Positions 27,248 to 36,677 of a stretch of 64,000 nt of DNA are shown in pieces. Position 1 is the first letter of the stretch. The number at the start of each line of letters is the position of its first letter. The notes under the pieces are model-generated. The model saw only the letters and a program-made list of their open reading frames with translations, was not told the DNA's origin and searched no databases. The stretch spans positions 32,001-96,000 of the forward strand of contig JAPDJH010000004.1 of NCBI GenBank assembly GCA_029259175.1, given 5' to 3'. The DNA is from Hadesarchaea archaeon. GTDB taxonomy: Archaea; Hadarchaeota; Hadarchaeia; Hadarchaeales; Hadarchaeaceae. Made by a program: the position numbers and the translations under genes.

Positions 27248-29056
27248 TTAGCCCTTTTCGATCCAAGCCTCATGCCAAAGTGTAAGACCCAACAGGACCC
27301 ATAACTTCTCAAGATTAAGAACGGGATTACTCATTAATCGTCTCACATATTTTCTATTGAAATATTTTCCGAGATCCGTTTTCCACAATTTATCATCGAT
27401 TGTTTCGAAGAGTGATTTCAAGAACCGCTCATCTCGAGTGATGTGAGATCCGAACCCTATCTTTTTTTTGTAAAGCGTGGTCGGCGGCAAAAGATCTAAC
27501 ATGCTCTTCTTGAATAGGTATTTGCCTGCCGGTCCCTTCGCATTCATGCGAGGCGGGATACAAAGAGCATAGGTAATGAATTCCATATCTAGATATGGAT
27601 AGCGTACTTCGATACCTGGCAGAGCCACATACTCGCCAAGTCTAAATAATTTCTCGGGAAGTCTCCCCTTAAATTCCACTAGTGAAACAATGTGGTAAAA
27701 GTCGTTAAACCCCATCCCAAACACATTGGGGGTGTCGAAAAACGAAAACGAACTCCTGAATTGAAGATCAAACATTTTCCTTTTTTCCCATTCACAAAAA
27801 ACTACTGACCAAAACGGTATTCCGTGTCTACTTCTTAGAAGATCTGGTAGAAGCTCAGAAATGATGCTTCGCCTGACACCCCCAACCAGATTGGTGGCAA
27901 AATTGACCAAACTTTTTGGAAAGACCTTCAGAGATCCCGCCAATTGGTGGGCCACAAATAACCAGCGGTAAATAGGATATCCACAAAAAAGTTCGTCCGG
28001 TCCTAAACCATTTAACCAAAGGTTAATTTTCCTCTTTCTCATTTCTCTGAAGATGTGGTGCATAAAAACAGCCACGGCATGAGATATGGGTTCGGGACTG
28101 CTCTCCACCATGTCGGACAAGTAAGCTCGCACGTCTTCGTGAGAAATGACAGACTCGTAATGTTGGGTGCCAAACTTTTCCGCTACTTGCTTTGCATCCG
28201 AGAATTCGTTATAAACACTTCCTTCCATGCTTGTCGCAAATGTGTAAATTGGTCTGTCACATAATTGGGACGCGAAAGCTACTAGGGCTGCAGAGTCTAT
28301 CCCTCCACTAAGAGGAATCCCTATTCTAGCTTCTCGATCAATTCTCTTTTCAATGATACGTGGAAGCATTTCTCTGATTTTCTTCACGGTCTTCTCTTCA
28401 CTCTCGTTATAATTGATTTGGATGTCTAGCATTTCCCAATATTTCTTCTCTCGGACTGAACCTTTTTCACAGATAAGCACCGTTCCAAATTTCAATTTTT
28501 TCATCCCTTGGTAAAGCGTAAGCGGAGGAGGGACAAATCTCAAAGTGAGATAATGGTATACTGCTTCCGTGTTTACTTGTGGTTTTATTACGTCAGCATT
28601 TAAAAGTACTTCAAGTCTAGAAGAAAAAACAAGCTGATCATCCACCGGAACATAGTAAAGTGGGGATTCCCCAATCTTGTCTCGTGAGAGAAGCAGTCTC
28701 TCCCTTTTAGAATCCCAAACTGCTAGTGAAAAGGGGCCGTTTAACATCCCTATAAACTTAGTGTCGTATTTCAGATAGAGATATGCCGCGAGCTCTGCAT
28801 CGCTTGTGATTTCATTTTTTTTAGAAAGTTGTTGTTTTAACCAATCAAAATTATAAATTCTTCCGGAAAAGGCGACCACGATGGATTTATCGTTGTTGTA
28901 GCCAACTACCGGTCCTTCTGATTTAAAATCTCTGGTTCCCAGCAAAATTACTTTGTTGTCAACATAAGAATCTGAAGGACGGCCGATGGCTTTTTTTAAT
29001 TTGCTTAAATATTGCTCGGCATTAGGTCCACATGCTCCAGCTATAAGACCCATCAT
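27248..29056 (-). CDS. asparagine-synthetase-like ATP-dependent amide ligase with degenerate glutaminase domain
   Basis: RDKIGESPLYY, LSGGIDS, GLGPDELFCGY, EVRYPYLD, KKKIGF; N-terminus MGLIAG. Confidence 0.88.
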   Translation of the reverse strand: MMGLIAGACGPNAEQYLSKLKKAIGRPSDSYVDNKVILLGTRDFKSEGPVVGYNNDKSIVVAFSGRIYNFDWLKQQLSKKNEITSDAELAAYLYLKYDTKFIGMLNGPFSLAVWDSKRERLLLSRDKIGESPLYYVPVDDQLVFSSRLEVLLNADVIKPQVNTEAVYHYLTLRFVPPPLTLYQGMKKLKFGTVLICEKGSVREKKYWEMLDIQINYNESEEKTVKKIREMLPRIIEKRIDREARIGIPLSGGIDSAALVAFASQLCDRPIYTFATSMEGSVYNEFSDAKQVAEKFGTQHYESVISHEDVRAYLSDMVESSPEPISHAVAVFMHHIFREMRKRKINLWLNGLGPDELFCGYPIYRWLFVAHQLAGSLKVFPKSLVNFATNLVGGVRRSIISELLPDLLRSRHGIPFWSVVFCEWEKRKMFDLQFRSSFSFFDTPNVFGMGFNDFYHIVSLVEFKGRLPEKLFRLGEYVALPGIEVRYPYLDMEFITYALCIPPRMNAKGPAGKYLFKKSMLDLLPPTTLYKKKIGFGSHITRDERFLKSLFETIDDKLWKTDLGKYFNRKYVRRLMSNPVLNLEKLWVLLGLTLWHEAWIEKG

Positions 29057-29112
29057 TTCACAATCATTTCATTCAATTTTAAACCTTCTAGCGTTGACAT
29101 TCAAGCGATAAC

Positions 29113-30096
29113 ATGGGGTCTCCGCTAGTCTCAGTGATAATGCCGGTCTACAACGCTAGCAAATATCTCCCAGAGGCCATTGAGGGAATTCTCAACCAAA
29201 GCTTTTCGGATTTTGAATTCATCATAATAGATGATGGATCTTCTGATGATAGTCCTAAAATTATCAGGAAATATGTAAAACGGGACAAGCGAATAAAGGT
29301 TCTGACCAACAAAGAGAACAGAGGTTCTGTAAAATGTAGAAACATGGGGTTAAAATTGGCTCGTGGAAAATATGTCGCTGTTGAAGATGCAGATGATGTC
29401 TCTCTTCCAAATAGGTTGGAAGTTCAGGTACAATATCTAGAAGATAATCCCCAAGTTGTCCTGTTAGGGACTTCATATCATATCATAGATGAAACCGGAG
29501 AAATATTGACAACTGTCGAAGTTCCAACCAAAGATAAAGTACTGAGAAGGATATTGCTCAAGAATAATCCTATCGACCATGGTTCCATAATGTTTAGAAG
29601 GAAGGAAATATGTAGAATAGGAGGATATCGAGAAGAGTTTGTATATGCCCACGATTATGATTTGATTTTGAGAGCACTAGAAATCGGAGAAATCCACAAC
29701 CTTTCTTCAATTCATCACAAGTGGAGATTTAGAAAAGAATCCATCTCCGCTAAAAAATTTGCTCTCCAAACTGCCTTCAGCAGATTAGCTCGAAAACTAG
29801 CTCTCGAACGTTTGAACTACGGACGTGAAATAAGTCCTCTAAAACCCGAGCCTATGAGGTTCCAAATCGATCCTGAAATTCAGTTTCAGCTTAGAGTGTG
29901 TAAAATGCTCGTATGGGGCGGTAAGTTCAAAAGGGCCAGAAAAGAAGCTTTAGTACTAATGAACAATCCTGCCATTTCGTCTTGGATCCGAATCTATCTT
30001 TCGGCGCTCTATCTCTGGACTCATATGGGAAAGATAGCGTACCCTCTTCAAAGAAAAATCATTAGTACTCTTCTAAATCAAGGAATCATACTCTAA
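29113..30096 (+). CDS. glycosyltransferase family 2
   Basis: VSVIMPVYN, IDDGSSD, DADD, DYDL. Confidence 0.93.
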   Translation: MGSPLVSVIMPVYNASKYLPEAIEGILNQSFSDFEFIIIDDGSSDDSPKIIRKYVKRDKRIKVLTNKENRGSVKCRNMGLKLARGKYVAVEDADDVSLPNRLEVQVQYLEDNPQVVLLGTSYHIIDETGEILTTVEVPTKDKVLRRILLKNNPIDHGSIMFRRKEICRIGGYREEFVYAHDYDLILRALEIGEIHNLSSIHHKWRFRKESISAKKFALQTAFSRLARKLALERLNYGREISPLKPEPMRFQIDPEIQFQLRVCKMLVWGGKFKRARKEALVLMNNPAISSWIRIYLSALYLWTHMGKIAYPLQRKIISTLLNQGIIL

Positions 30097-31244
30097 CATC
30101 TTTTTAGAACACCGAGAAGAATTTTGTGGATTTTTTTCGAGTTATTCTCCGCATTGAAATTCCTTTGTGCATATTTGTAAGCTTTTTCAACAATTCGTCT
30201 GAGCTTCTTAGGATTTCGTAATACTTGAAGTATTTTGGTGGCCAGTTCCCTATGATCGCCGGGAGTATATAAAAAACCAGTTTTCCCATCATGCACGAGC
30301 TCTGGTGTGGCTCCCGATCGAGCGCCAATCACCGGAAGTCTACTAAGCATTGCTTCGATGGTAACTAGACCAAACGCTTCAGACCGAGAACATACTAAAA
30401 ACACATCGGCCTGAGTTCTAATTGAGGATAAATCTGGGACTCTGGAGAAAAACACCACCTCATTCTTAACTCCTACTCTCTCAACTAGATCCTCCAGTTC
30501 CTTTTTATATGGAGATCCATTACCAACAATCCAGAGCTCTGCTTTCAATCCAACTTTCTTCAGTTCTAAAATCGCCCGTATGGCATCTGAATGCCCTTTA
30601 TTAGGATGAAGTCGTCCAACCATCAACAGGATGATTTTTTTCCGCGATTTTTTTCTTCTTTGCTTCAGATTAGCCTCCACACCATCATAGACCACGTGCA
30701 CCTTACTTTTTGGGAAAAACCTGCCAAATTTCTTCCTCACAGCTTTTGAAACTACGATAACTTCGCATGACATTCGATCTACCAACTTCATCGTTCTACG
30801 GAGACCTAAATCAAAGTGGAGTCCGAAATCTTCCTCAATGAATTCTCGGATATGCCACACGTGAGGTTTGCCGACTAAAATTGCTGCTACCCCTCCAACA
30901 GGCGACACCAACGCATTAGAATAAATAAGGTCTACATCTAGCTCTCTCGCTTTAGAAGCTATTAATACAGAGAAAAGTCCTATGTTTAAAACTTTCAGGA
31001 TTTTTACTATCATGTCGAAAAATGGATTTCTCTTTGGGCTGGCCCACCACGCTGGAAGCAATTTTCGTGTAAGTACAACATAGTGTATTCTTGCCCTTTT
31101 CAAATCGTTTTCGAAATTTCCACGATTAGGTAAAACAACATAGCAATCGACCCCAAGCTTACGCAAACCTTTAATCAGGCTCAAAAGAGCCACGTTTGAG
31201 CCGTCATATCTACTACTAGAAAACGTCACAAATAAGACTTTCAT
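30093..31244 (-). CDS. glycosyltransferase family 4
   Basis: WHIRE, VGRL...KG, EAFGLVTIEAM. Confidence 0.93.
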   Translation of the reverse strand: MKVLFVTFSSSRYDGSNVALLSLIKGLRKLGVDCYVVLPNRGNFENDLKRARIHYVVLTRKLLPAWWASPKRNPFFDMIVKILKVLNIGLFSVLIASKARELDVDLIYSNALVSPVGGVAAILVGKPHVWHIREFIEEDFGLHFDLGLRRTMKLVDRMSCEVIVVSKAVRKKFGRFFPKSKVHVVYDGVEANLKQRRKKSRKKIILLMVGRLHPNKGHSDAIRAILELKKVGLKAELWIVGNGSPYKKELEDLVERVGVKNEVVFFSRVPDLSSIRTQADVFLVCSRSEAFGLVTIEAMLSRLPVIGARSGATPELVHDGKTGFLYTPGDHRELATKILQVLRNPKKLRRIVEKAYKYAQRNFNAENNSKKIHKILLGVLKRC

Positions 31245-31255
31245 TTTCTGTTCAC

Positions 31256-32104
31256 CTATTCTACCTCAAACCAAGGTACTTCCAGAAGCGCTGGATGAGA
31301 ATAATCAAAAATGTGTCCGTAAAATCCATCTTCTCCTAAAAGCTCTCCGTGATCAGAGGTTATCACCGTTTTTCCAGGCAATTTTTTCACAAGTTTTGCG
31401 ATGTGTTTTAACACATTTTCTACTTCTCGGCGATATATTTCACGCAGTCCCTCTTGCCCATATTTTTTCGCAATTATTTCGATATACTGAAAATCCGCCA
31501 AACCTAGTTTTTTTCTAATTTTTATTGTAGTCACAGGGCCTAACACTCTACTCGCCAATCTGCCGAGCAACGCACGTAATTTAGTTATGCTTTGATAGGA
31601 TAAATCTTTCTTGAGCGAAGAATTCCAAGCGGGGGGGATGTAACCTAGAGTTAGATATGGCGTGTGGGGCTGCAAGTAATGCGCTATTATTTTTTTTCCA
31701 GGAAATTCCTTTTTCACTTGCAACACAGCCTCGTTCATAACTAATGGTGGAACCGTGTTATACTTCCGATCCCATCCATAATCCCACACGTCGATTATTT
31801 TGTAAAAATGCCCCACGGCATTGAATGCATCTTTGCTTCCCGCCGCGATCCCTTTAGAGTTAACATAAGGATGAGCCGAAACATAAACAACATTGGTCAA
31901 TCTTTTGTTGCCGAACAAAGCCTTAAGCCAGCCTTGGGTGTCCGAAGCTGGGGAGAGAACTTTCTTCAGCTTGCCACGCAAATATTTCTTATAGACAATT
32001 TCGAATACGTCGTATCTGCATGCATCAAGAATTATCAGGTTATCCCAATTAAACCGCATTATATGGGAGACTTGAGCCTCCATAGTGTTTATCCCTCCTA
32101 ACAT
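31256..32104 (-). CDS. AlkP/sulfatase-like core-domain protein
   Basis: LIILDACRYD, SPASDT..W, HYLQPHTPY, ITSDHGE, EVPW; true start may be a later Met. Confidence 0.85.
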   Translation of the reverse strand: MLGGINTMEAQVSHIMRFNWDNLIILDACRYDVFEIVYKKYLRGKLKKVLSPASDTQGWLKALFGNKRLTNVVYVSAHPYVNSKGIAAGSKDAFNAVGHFYKIIDVWDYGWDRKYNTVPPLVMNEAVLQVKKEFPGKKIIAHYLQPHTPYLTLGYIPPAWNSSLKKDLSYQSITKLRALLGRLASRVLGPVTTIKIRKKLGLADFQYIEIIAKKYGQEGLREIYRREVENVLKHIAKLVKKLPGKTVITSDHGELLGEDGFYGHIFDYSHPALLEVPWFEVE

Positions 32105-32152
32105 CGTGCTCTAAAGTCTTATAATGATCTGATGTTTATGTGTTTTGAAATC

Positions 32153-33211
32153 ATGAAAGCTCTTGTCCTTAGTGGCGGAAAAGGAACTCGCTTGCGTCCC
32201 CTCACTTTCACTACAGCAAAGCAACTAATTCCCATAGCTAACAAACCCATTTTGGGTTATGTTCTTGACAGAATCTCAGAAGCCGGAATCAAAGAAGTTG
32301 GTGTCGTAATTGCTCCCGAGACCGGCGCAGATGTCAAACGATACGTGGGCGACGGCTCAGATTGGGGATTGAGAGTTTCTTATATAGTCCAAGAACCACT
32401 GGGGCTCGCACATGCGGTGAAAGTATCGCGCGGGTTTTTGGGGAATGATGACTTTTTAATGCATCTGGGAGACAACCTTTTAAAGAAAAATCTGGGAGAG
32501 CTAATTGACAAATTCGAATCTGAGAAGCCTGATGCCTTAATCCTGCTAAAGGAGGTCGAGGATCCAACAAAATTCGGAGTGGTGGTTCTGGACAACAAAG
32601 GAAATGTTGTGAAACTCGTGGAAAAACCCAAACAGCCACCGAGTAAGCTAGGATTGGTGGGAGTTTATCTTTTCTCGAACAAAATCCATTCTGCGATAGA
32701 TGAAATCAAACCGTCGTGGCGAGGAGAGCTGGAGATTACTGACGCCATCCAGAAACTCGTTGACAAAGGATGCTTCGTGAAAGCCGAGATACTAGATTCT
32801 TGGTGGCTAGATACCGGAAAAAAAGATGATGTCCTCGCTGCCAATGCTCTTGTTTTGGACGAATACATTCAGCGAGACGTTAAGGGAGAAGCCATTGGTA
32901 GCACGATTGAAGGCAGAGTTAGTGTTGGTTCGGGGACTAAAATCATCGGAAGCGTTGTCAGAGGCCCCTGTGTAATCGGAAAAAAATGCATAATTGAGAA
33001 TTCATTCATCGGACCATATACGAGCGTTGGGGACGAATGCTTAATCAAGAACAGCTCCATCAACTATTCCATCATAATGGAGAGAACAATTATTGAAGGT
33101 GTTGAAACATTGGAGGAATGTTTGATAGGGCGAAATTGCAGAATCCGAAGCGAAGACCGTTCAAAAACGTTTAAGTTGTGTGTTGGGGATTATAGTGAGG
33201 TGAAAATTTGA
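32153..33211 (+). CDS. rmlA: glucose-1-phosphate thymidylyltransferase, long form
   Basis: LSGGKGTRLRP.T...AKQL.P.ANKP, PLGLAHA, EKP, RGELEITD, DTG, beta-helix C-terminus. Confidence 0.92.
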   Translation: MKALVLSGGKGTRLRPLTFTTAKQLIPIANKPILGYVLDRISEAGIKEVGVVIAPETGADVKRYVGDGSDWGLRVSYIVQEPLGLAHAVKVSRGFLGNDDFLMHLGDNLLKKNLGELIDKFESEKPDALILLKEVEDPTKFGVVVLDNKGNVVKLVEKPKQPPSKLGLVGVYLFSNKIHSAIDEIKPSWRGELEITDAIQKLVDKGCFVKAEILDSWWLDTGKKDDVLAANALVLDEYIQRDVKGEAIGSTIEGRVSVGSGTKIIGSVVRGPCVIGKKCIIENSFIGPYTSVGDECLIKNSSINYSIIMERTIIEGVETLEECLIGRNCRIRSEDRSKTFKLCVGDYSEVKI

Positions 33212-33738
33212 GCGATCTCGGTCTCAAAGGAGTGCGAGTCATCGATTTAAAGCGGATTCCAGACGAACGCGGATTTTTCTGCGAAGCCCTTCGAAAGGAC
33301 TGGCAGAAGTTTTTAGAAAACGAATGGATTGAGCAGGCCAACATAAGCTATAGTTATCCCAACGTGGTGCGGGCATGGCACAGGCACCACCGCGGACAAG
33401 TTGACTATTTCTTAGTATTACAAGGAGCCATGAAAATATGTGCCTACGATGACGAAGAAGGATCGGAAACCAAGAACCATCTAGTAGAAATCTTCTGCAC
33501 AGAACATAGACCACAACTTGTAAGGATTCCAGGCCACTACTGGCACGGTACTAAAACCGTGGGAAATAGACCATCTCTCACAGTATATTTCGTGACAAAA
33601 TTATACGATTACAAAAACCCAGACGAAGAACGGAGGCCTTGGAACGATCCAAGCGTGGTTCCAATTTGTATAAATGGAAAAAAAGACGATCCACGCGTAG
33701 GAAAGCCATGGGATTGGTTTTATCCCGTGCATAAATGA
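33208..33738 (+). CDS. rmlC: dTDP-4-dehydrorhamnose 3,5-epimerase family cupin
   Basis: DERGFFCE, RAWH.H..Q.D, IP..YWHG. Confidence 0.88.
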   Translation: MSDLGLKGVRVIDLKRIPDERGFFCEALRKDWQKFLENEWIEQANISYSYPNVVRAWHRHHRGQVDYFLVLQGAMKICAYDDEEGSETKNHLVEIFCTEHRPQLVRIPGHYWHGTKTVGNRPSLTVYFVTKLYDYKNPDEERRPWNDPSVVPICINGKKDDPRVGKPWDWFYPVHK

Positions 33739-34655
33739 CCATGCCGACAGTTCTCCTTACCGGCGTCAGCAGTTTGCCTGGCTACCAAACCGCCATTCAC
33801 TTGCTTCGCCTAGGTTATCAGGTCGTTGGAATTTACTTTAAAAACAAAATAAGGCTTGACCACCAAAATTTTAAACTAAAAAAGGCAGACATCACAAACC
33901 CCGGACTAATCACCAAGCTCGTAAAGAAAATCCAACCTGAAGTTATTGTCCACATGGCCGCACTGGGGAATGTAGATCTTTGCGAGACCGAGAAAAAGCT
34001 AGCATGGCGTACCAACACCTTGGCGTCTGCTCACTTAGCACGTCTGGCTTCAAGATACTCGCCTCAGTTTCTCTATCTCTCGACTGATTTCGTTTTTCCG
34101 GGCAAGGACGGAAATTATAGGGAGCTAGATCCACCAAATCCAATTAATTATTATGGACTCAGCAAACTTGGGGGGGAAATCGCTACTTTGAGTTCGAACA
34201 CCACTTGGGCAGTCGTCAGGGCAAGCTCGATATATGGTTTTGGGCCAGGTAGGAAAAATTTTGCGAAATTTTTGGTAGAGCGGCTTTCTCAGGGGCTGAA
34301 AGTCGGAGCACTCGTGGATCAGTACACTACACCCACTCAAGCTTCTCTGCTGGCAAAAGCGGTGTGTGAAATCATAGAAAGAAAACTCTGCGGGTTCTTC
34401 CACGTTGTAGGGGAGCGAATGAGCAGATATGAATTTGCCATAAAAGTGGCGAGCACGTTGGGTTTCGATAGATCACTTATCCAAAAAGCATATGTTAAAG
34501 ACATGAAATGGGTTGCAAAAAGACCGATCGATTCTAGTCTGAACTGTGAAAGAACTAGAAAGCTCCTCAAAACGAAGTTCTATTCGAGCTCCATCGCTTT
34601 TAGGGTTCTCAAGGAAGAGTACCAAGCAGTTATTAAGACCCCAAAAGCAAACTAA
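33735..34655 (+). CDS. rmlD: dTDP-4-dehydrorhamnose reductase family
   Basis: VD.CE, STDFVF.G, P.NYYG.SK..GE, DQY.TPT, RP.DSSL. Confidence 0.88.
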   Translation: MTMPTVLLTGVSSLPGYQTAIHLLRLGYQVVGIYFKNKIRLDHQNFKLKKADITNPGLITKLVKKIQPEVIVHMAALGNVDLCETEKKLAWRTNTLASAHLARLASRYSPQFLYLSTDFVFPGKDGNYRELDPPNPINYYGLSKLGGEIATLSSNTTWAVVRASSIYGFGPGRKNFAKFLVERLSQGLKVGALVDQYTTPTQASLLAKAVCEIIERKLCGFFHVVGERMSRYEFAIKVASTLGFDRSLIQKAYVKDMKWVAKRPIDSSLNCERTRKLLKTKFYSSSIAFRVLKEEYQAVIKTPKAN

Positions 34656-34659
34656 TGTG

Positions 34660-35643
34660 ATGAACATTCTTGTCACAGGTGGTGCAGGTTACATAGGGTC
34701 TGTCTTAGTGCGGGATCTCGTGAAAGAAGGTTACAACGTAAAATGCTTAGACCGATTCTTTTTTGGAAAATCTTCGTTATCGGAGCTAACAGATCAAATC
34801 GAAATAATTGAGGGCGACACCAGAAACTTTGACCCGAAAATTCTGAGAAATACAGATGTTGTCATCGATCTAGCCGCCATAGCTCAGCCCGATCCAGCGG
34901 GACTGGTAGATCCCCTAAAATTTTACGATATAAACTACTTGGGCCCTGTGAGAGTGGCCACTCTTAGCAAAAAGGCGGGGGTGCAACGATACATTTTCCC
35001 TTCCACATGCAGCACTTATGGGTGTCAAAACATCGTGCTCGACGAAAATTCCCCTTTAAAACCTTTGGAAATATACGCTGAAACCAAAAGCATGGCTGAA
35101 AAAGCCGTTTTGAGTCTCTCAGACGATAAATTTTGTGTAACCAGCCTCCGATTAGGAACCGTTTACGGAGTTTCACCGAAGATGAGATTCGATCTCGTGC
35201 TGAATGGAATGACTTTATCTCTTTTCAAAACGGGAGTGATAAAAGTCATGCGAGATGGTAATCAAGTGAGACCGATTGTACACGTAAGAGATGTGGCTAG
35301 AGCCATTCTCACGGTAATCGAAGCCGACATGGACAAGATACGAGGAGAAGTTTTCAATGTAGGATCCAATGATCAAAATTTCAAAGTGTTGGAACTAGCA
35401 AAGCTCATAGGTGATTCTATCGGGATAGATTATAAGATCGAATGGTATGGAGACCCGGATACCAGATCCTACCGAGTTAGCTTTGACAAAATATACAACG
35501 TTTTAGGATTTAGGGCAAAATTTTCTGCACAAGAAGGTGCAAAAGAGGTTTACGAGGCACTACAAGAGGGCAAAATAGAAGATTCAGAAAAGACTCGAGT
35601 CATCAGGTGGTATAAACATCTTCAAGACCAGGGCATCCTCTGA
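34660..35643 (+). CDS. NAD-dependent epimerase/dehydratase (extended SDR)
   Basis: VTGGAGYIG, STCSTYG, YAETK, RFDLVLN; start moved to ATG 34660. Confidence 0.9.
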   Translation: MNILVTGGAGYIGSVLVRDLVKEGYNVKCLDRFFFGKSSLSELTDQIEIIEGDTRNFDPKILRNTDVVIDLAAIAQPDPAGLVDPLKFYDINYLGPVRVATLSKKAGVQRYIFPSTCSTYGCQNIVLDENSPLKPLEIYAETKSMAEKAVLSLSDDKFCVTSLRLGTVYGVSPKMRFDLVLNGMTLSLFKTGVIKVMRDGNQVRPIVHVRDVARAILTVIEADMDKIRGEVFNVGSNDQNFKVLELAKLIGDSIGIDYKIEWYGDPDTRSYRVSFDKIYNVLGFRAKFSAQEGAKEVYEALQEGKIEDSEKTRVIRWYKHLQDQGIL

Positions 35644-35659
35644 CTCTTCATGTGGTAGA

Positions 35660-36673
35660 ATGAAAACTCGCTGGCCTAATGTTGCAATAATAATCCTCAA
35701 CTGGGAGGGAGCTCAAGACACCATTGAATGTTTGGAGTCTGTTTTTCAGATCACTTATCCTAACTACGGGGTAATAGTTGTGGATAATGGTTCACGAGAT
35801 GATTCTATAGAGCAGATCAAAAGATATGCAGCAGGAGAGATCATCCCTCGGTCGAAATTTGTAAAACCTGTTTCCACGTTCAAACCCGTAAAAGTAATCG
35901 AACTTGAGGAGGATAAAGCGTTAAGAGAGGGAATAAAAGTGAAAGCCCCGCTGTCTAACAGAAAGATGATTCTCATTAAAAACAGGGATAATTACGGTTT
36001 TCCTAAAGGAAACAATATAGGAATAAAATTTGCCCTGCGCTGTATGAAGCCAAAATACCTCCTTCTTCTAAATAATGATACTGTGGTGGCCAAAGACTTT
36101 CTTGAGGAAATGGTAAAGGTGGGAGAAAAATACGGCCGAATAGGCATTCTCGGTCCAACACTTTATCATTATGCCTCTCCAAGCGAGATCTGGGCCCCAC
36201 CCATATTTGCCGGGAAAACTCCACCCAAAAAGCCGTTGAAAGTGCCATATACACAACTTTGGGGCACCGCTTTGCTTATAAAATCAGTAGTTTTTCAAAA
36301 AGTCGGCTTATTGGATGAAAGTTACTTCCTTTACGGAGAGGAAAGTGACTTCTGCCTGCGAACATCGAAGTTTTTTGACCTTTACTATTGCCCGTCCTCT
36401 AGGGTGTGGCACAAAACTACTACCCCAGCAGATTGGGGTTCTCATCGATATTATTACGAGTGTAGGAACCTATTTTACTTAGAAAAGAAATATTTCGGGG
36501 TTTTGCGAGCATTTAGATTCTTGGGCTCCTATTTGCTAACTGAAGTTCTGCCCTATCTAAAATACTTCAAATTTCAGCACGTGCGGATGTTGATCAGAGG
36601 AATTATCGATGGGATCGAAGGAAAAAGAGGGAAAATTGAGAAACCAGAAAAGCCCCACAAAACGCTAAGGTGA
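35660..36673 (+). CDS. glycosyltransferase family 2 (rhamnosyltransferase-like)
   Basis: IILNW, VDNGS.D, N.GF..GNN, LLNND, FLYGEESD. Confidence 0.9.
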   Translation: MKTRWPNVAIIILNWEGAQDTIECLESVFQITYPNYGVIVVDNGSRDDSIEQIKRYAAGEIIPRSKFVKPVSTFKPVKVIELEEDKALREGIKVKAPLSNRKMILIKNRDNYGFPKGNNIGIKFALRCMKPKYLLLLNNDTVVAKDFLEEMVKVGEKYGRIGILGPTLYHYASPSEIWAPPIFAGKTPPKKPLKVPYTQLWGTALLIKSVVFQKVGLLDESYFLYGEESDFCLRTSKFFDLYYCPSSRVWHKTTTPADWGSHRYYYECRNLFYLEKKYFGVLRAFRFLGSYLLTEVLPYLKYFKFQHVRMLIRGIIDGIEGKRGKIEKPEKPHKTLR

Positions 36674-36677
36674 TAAT

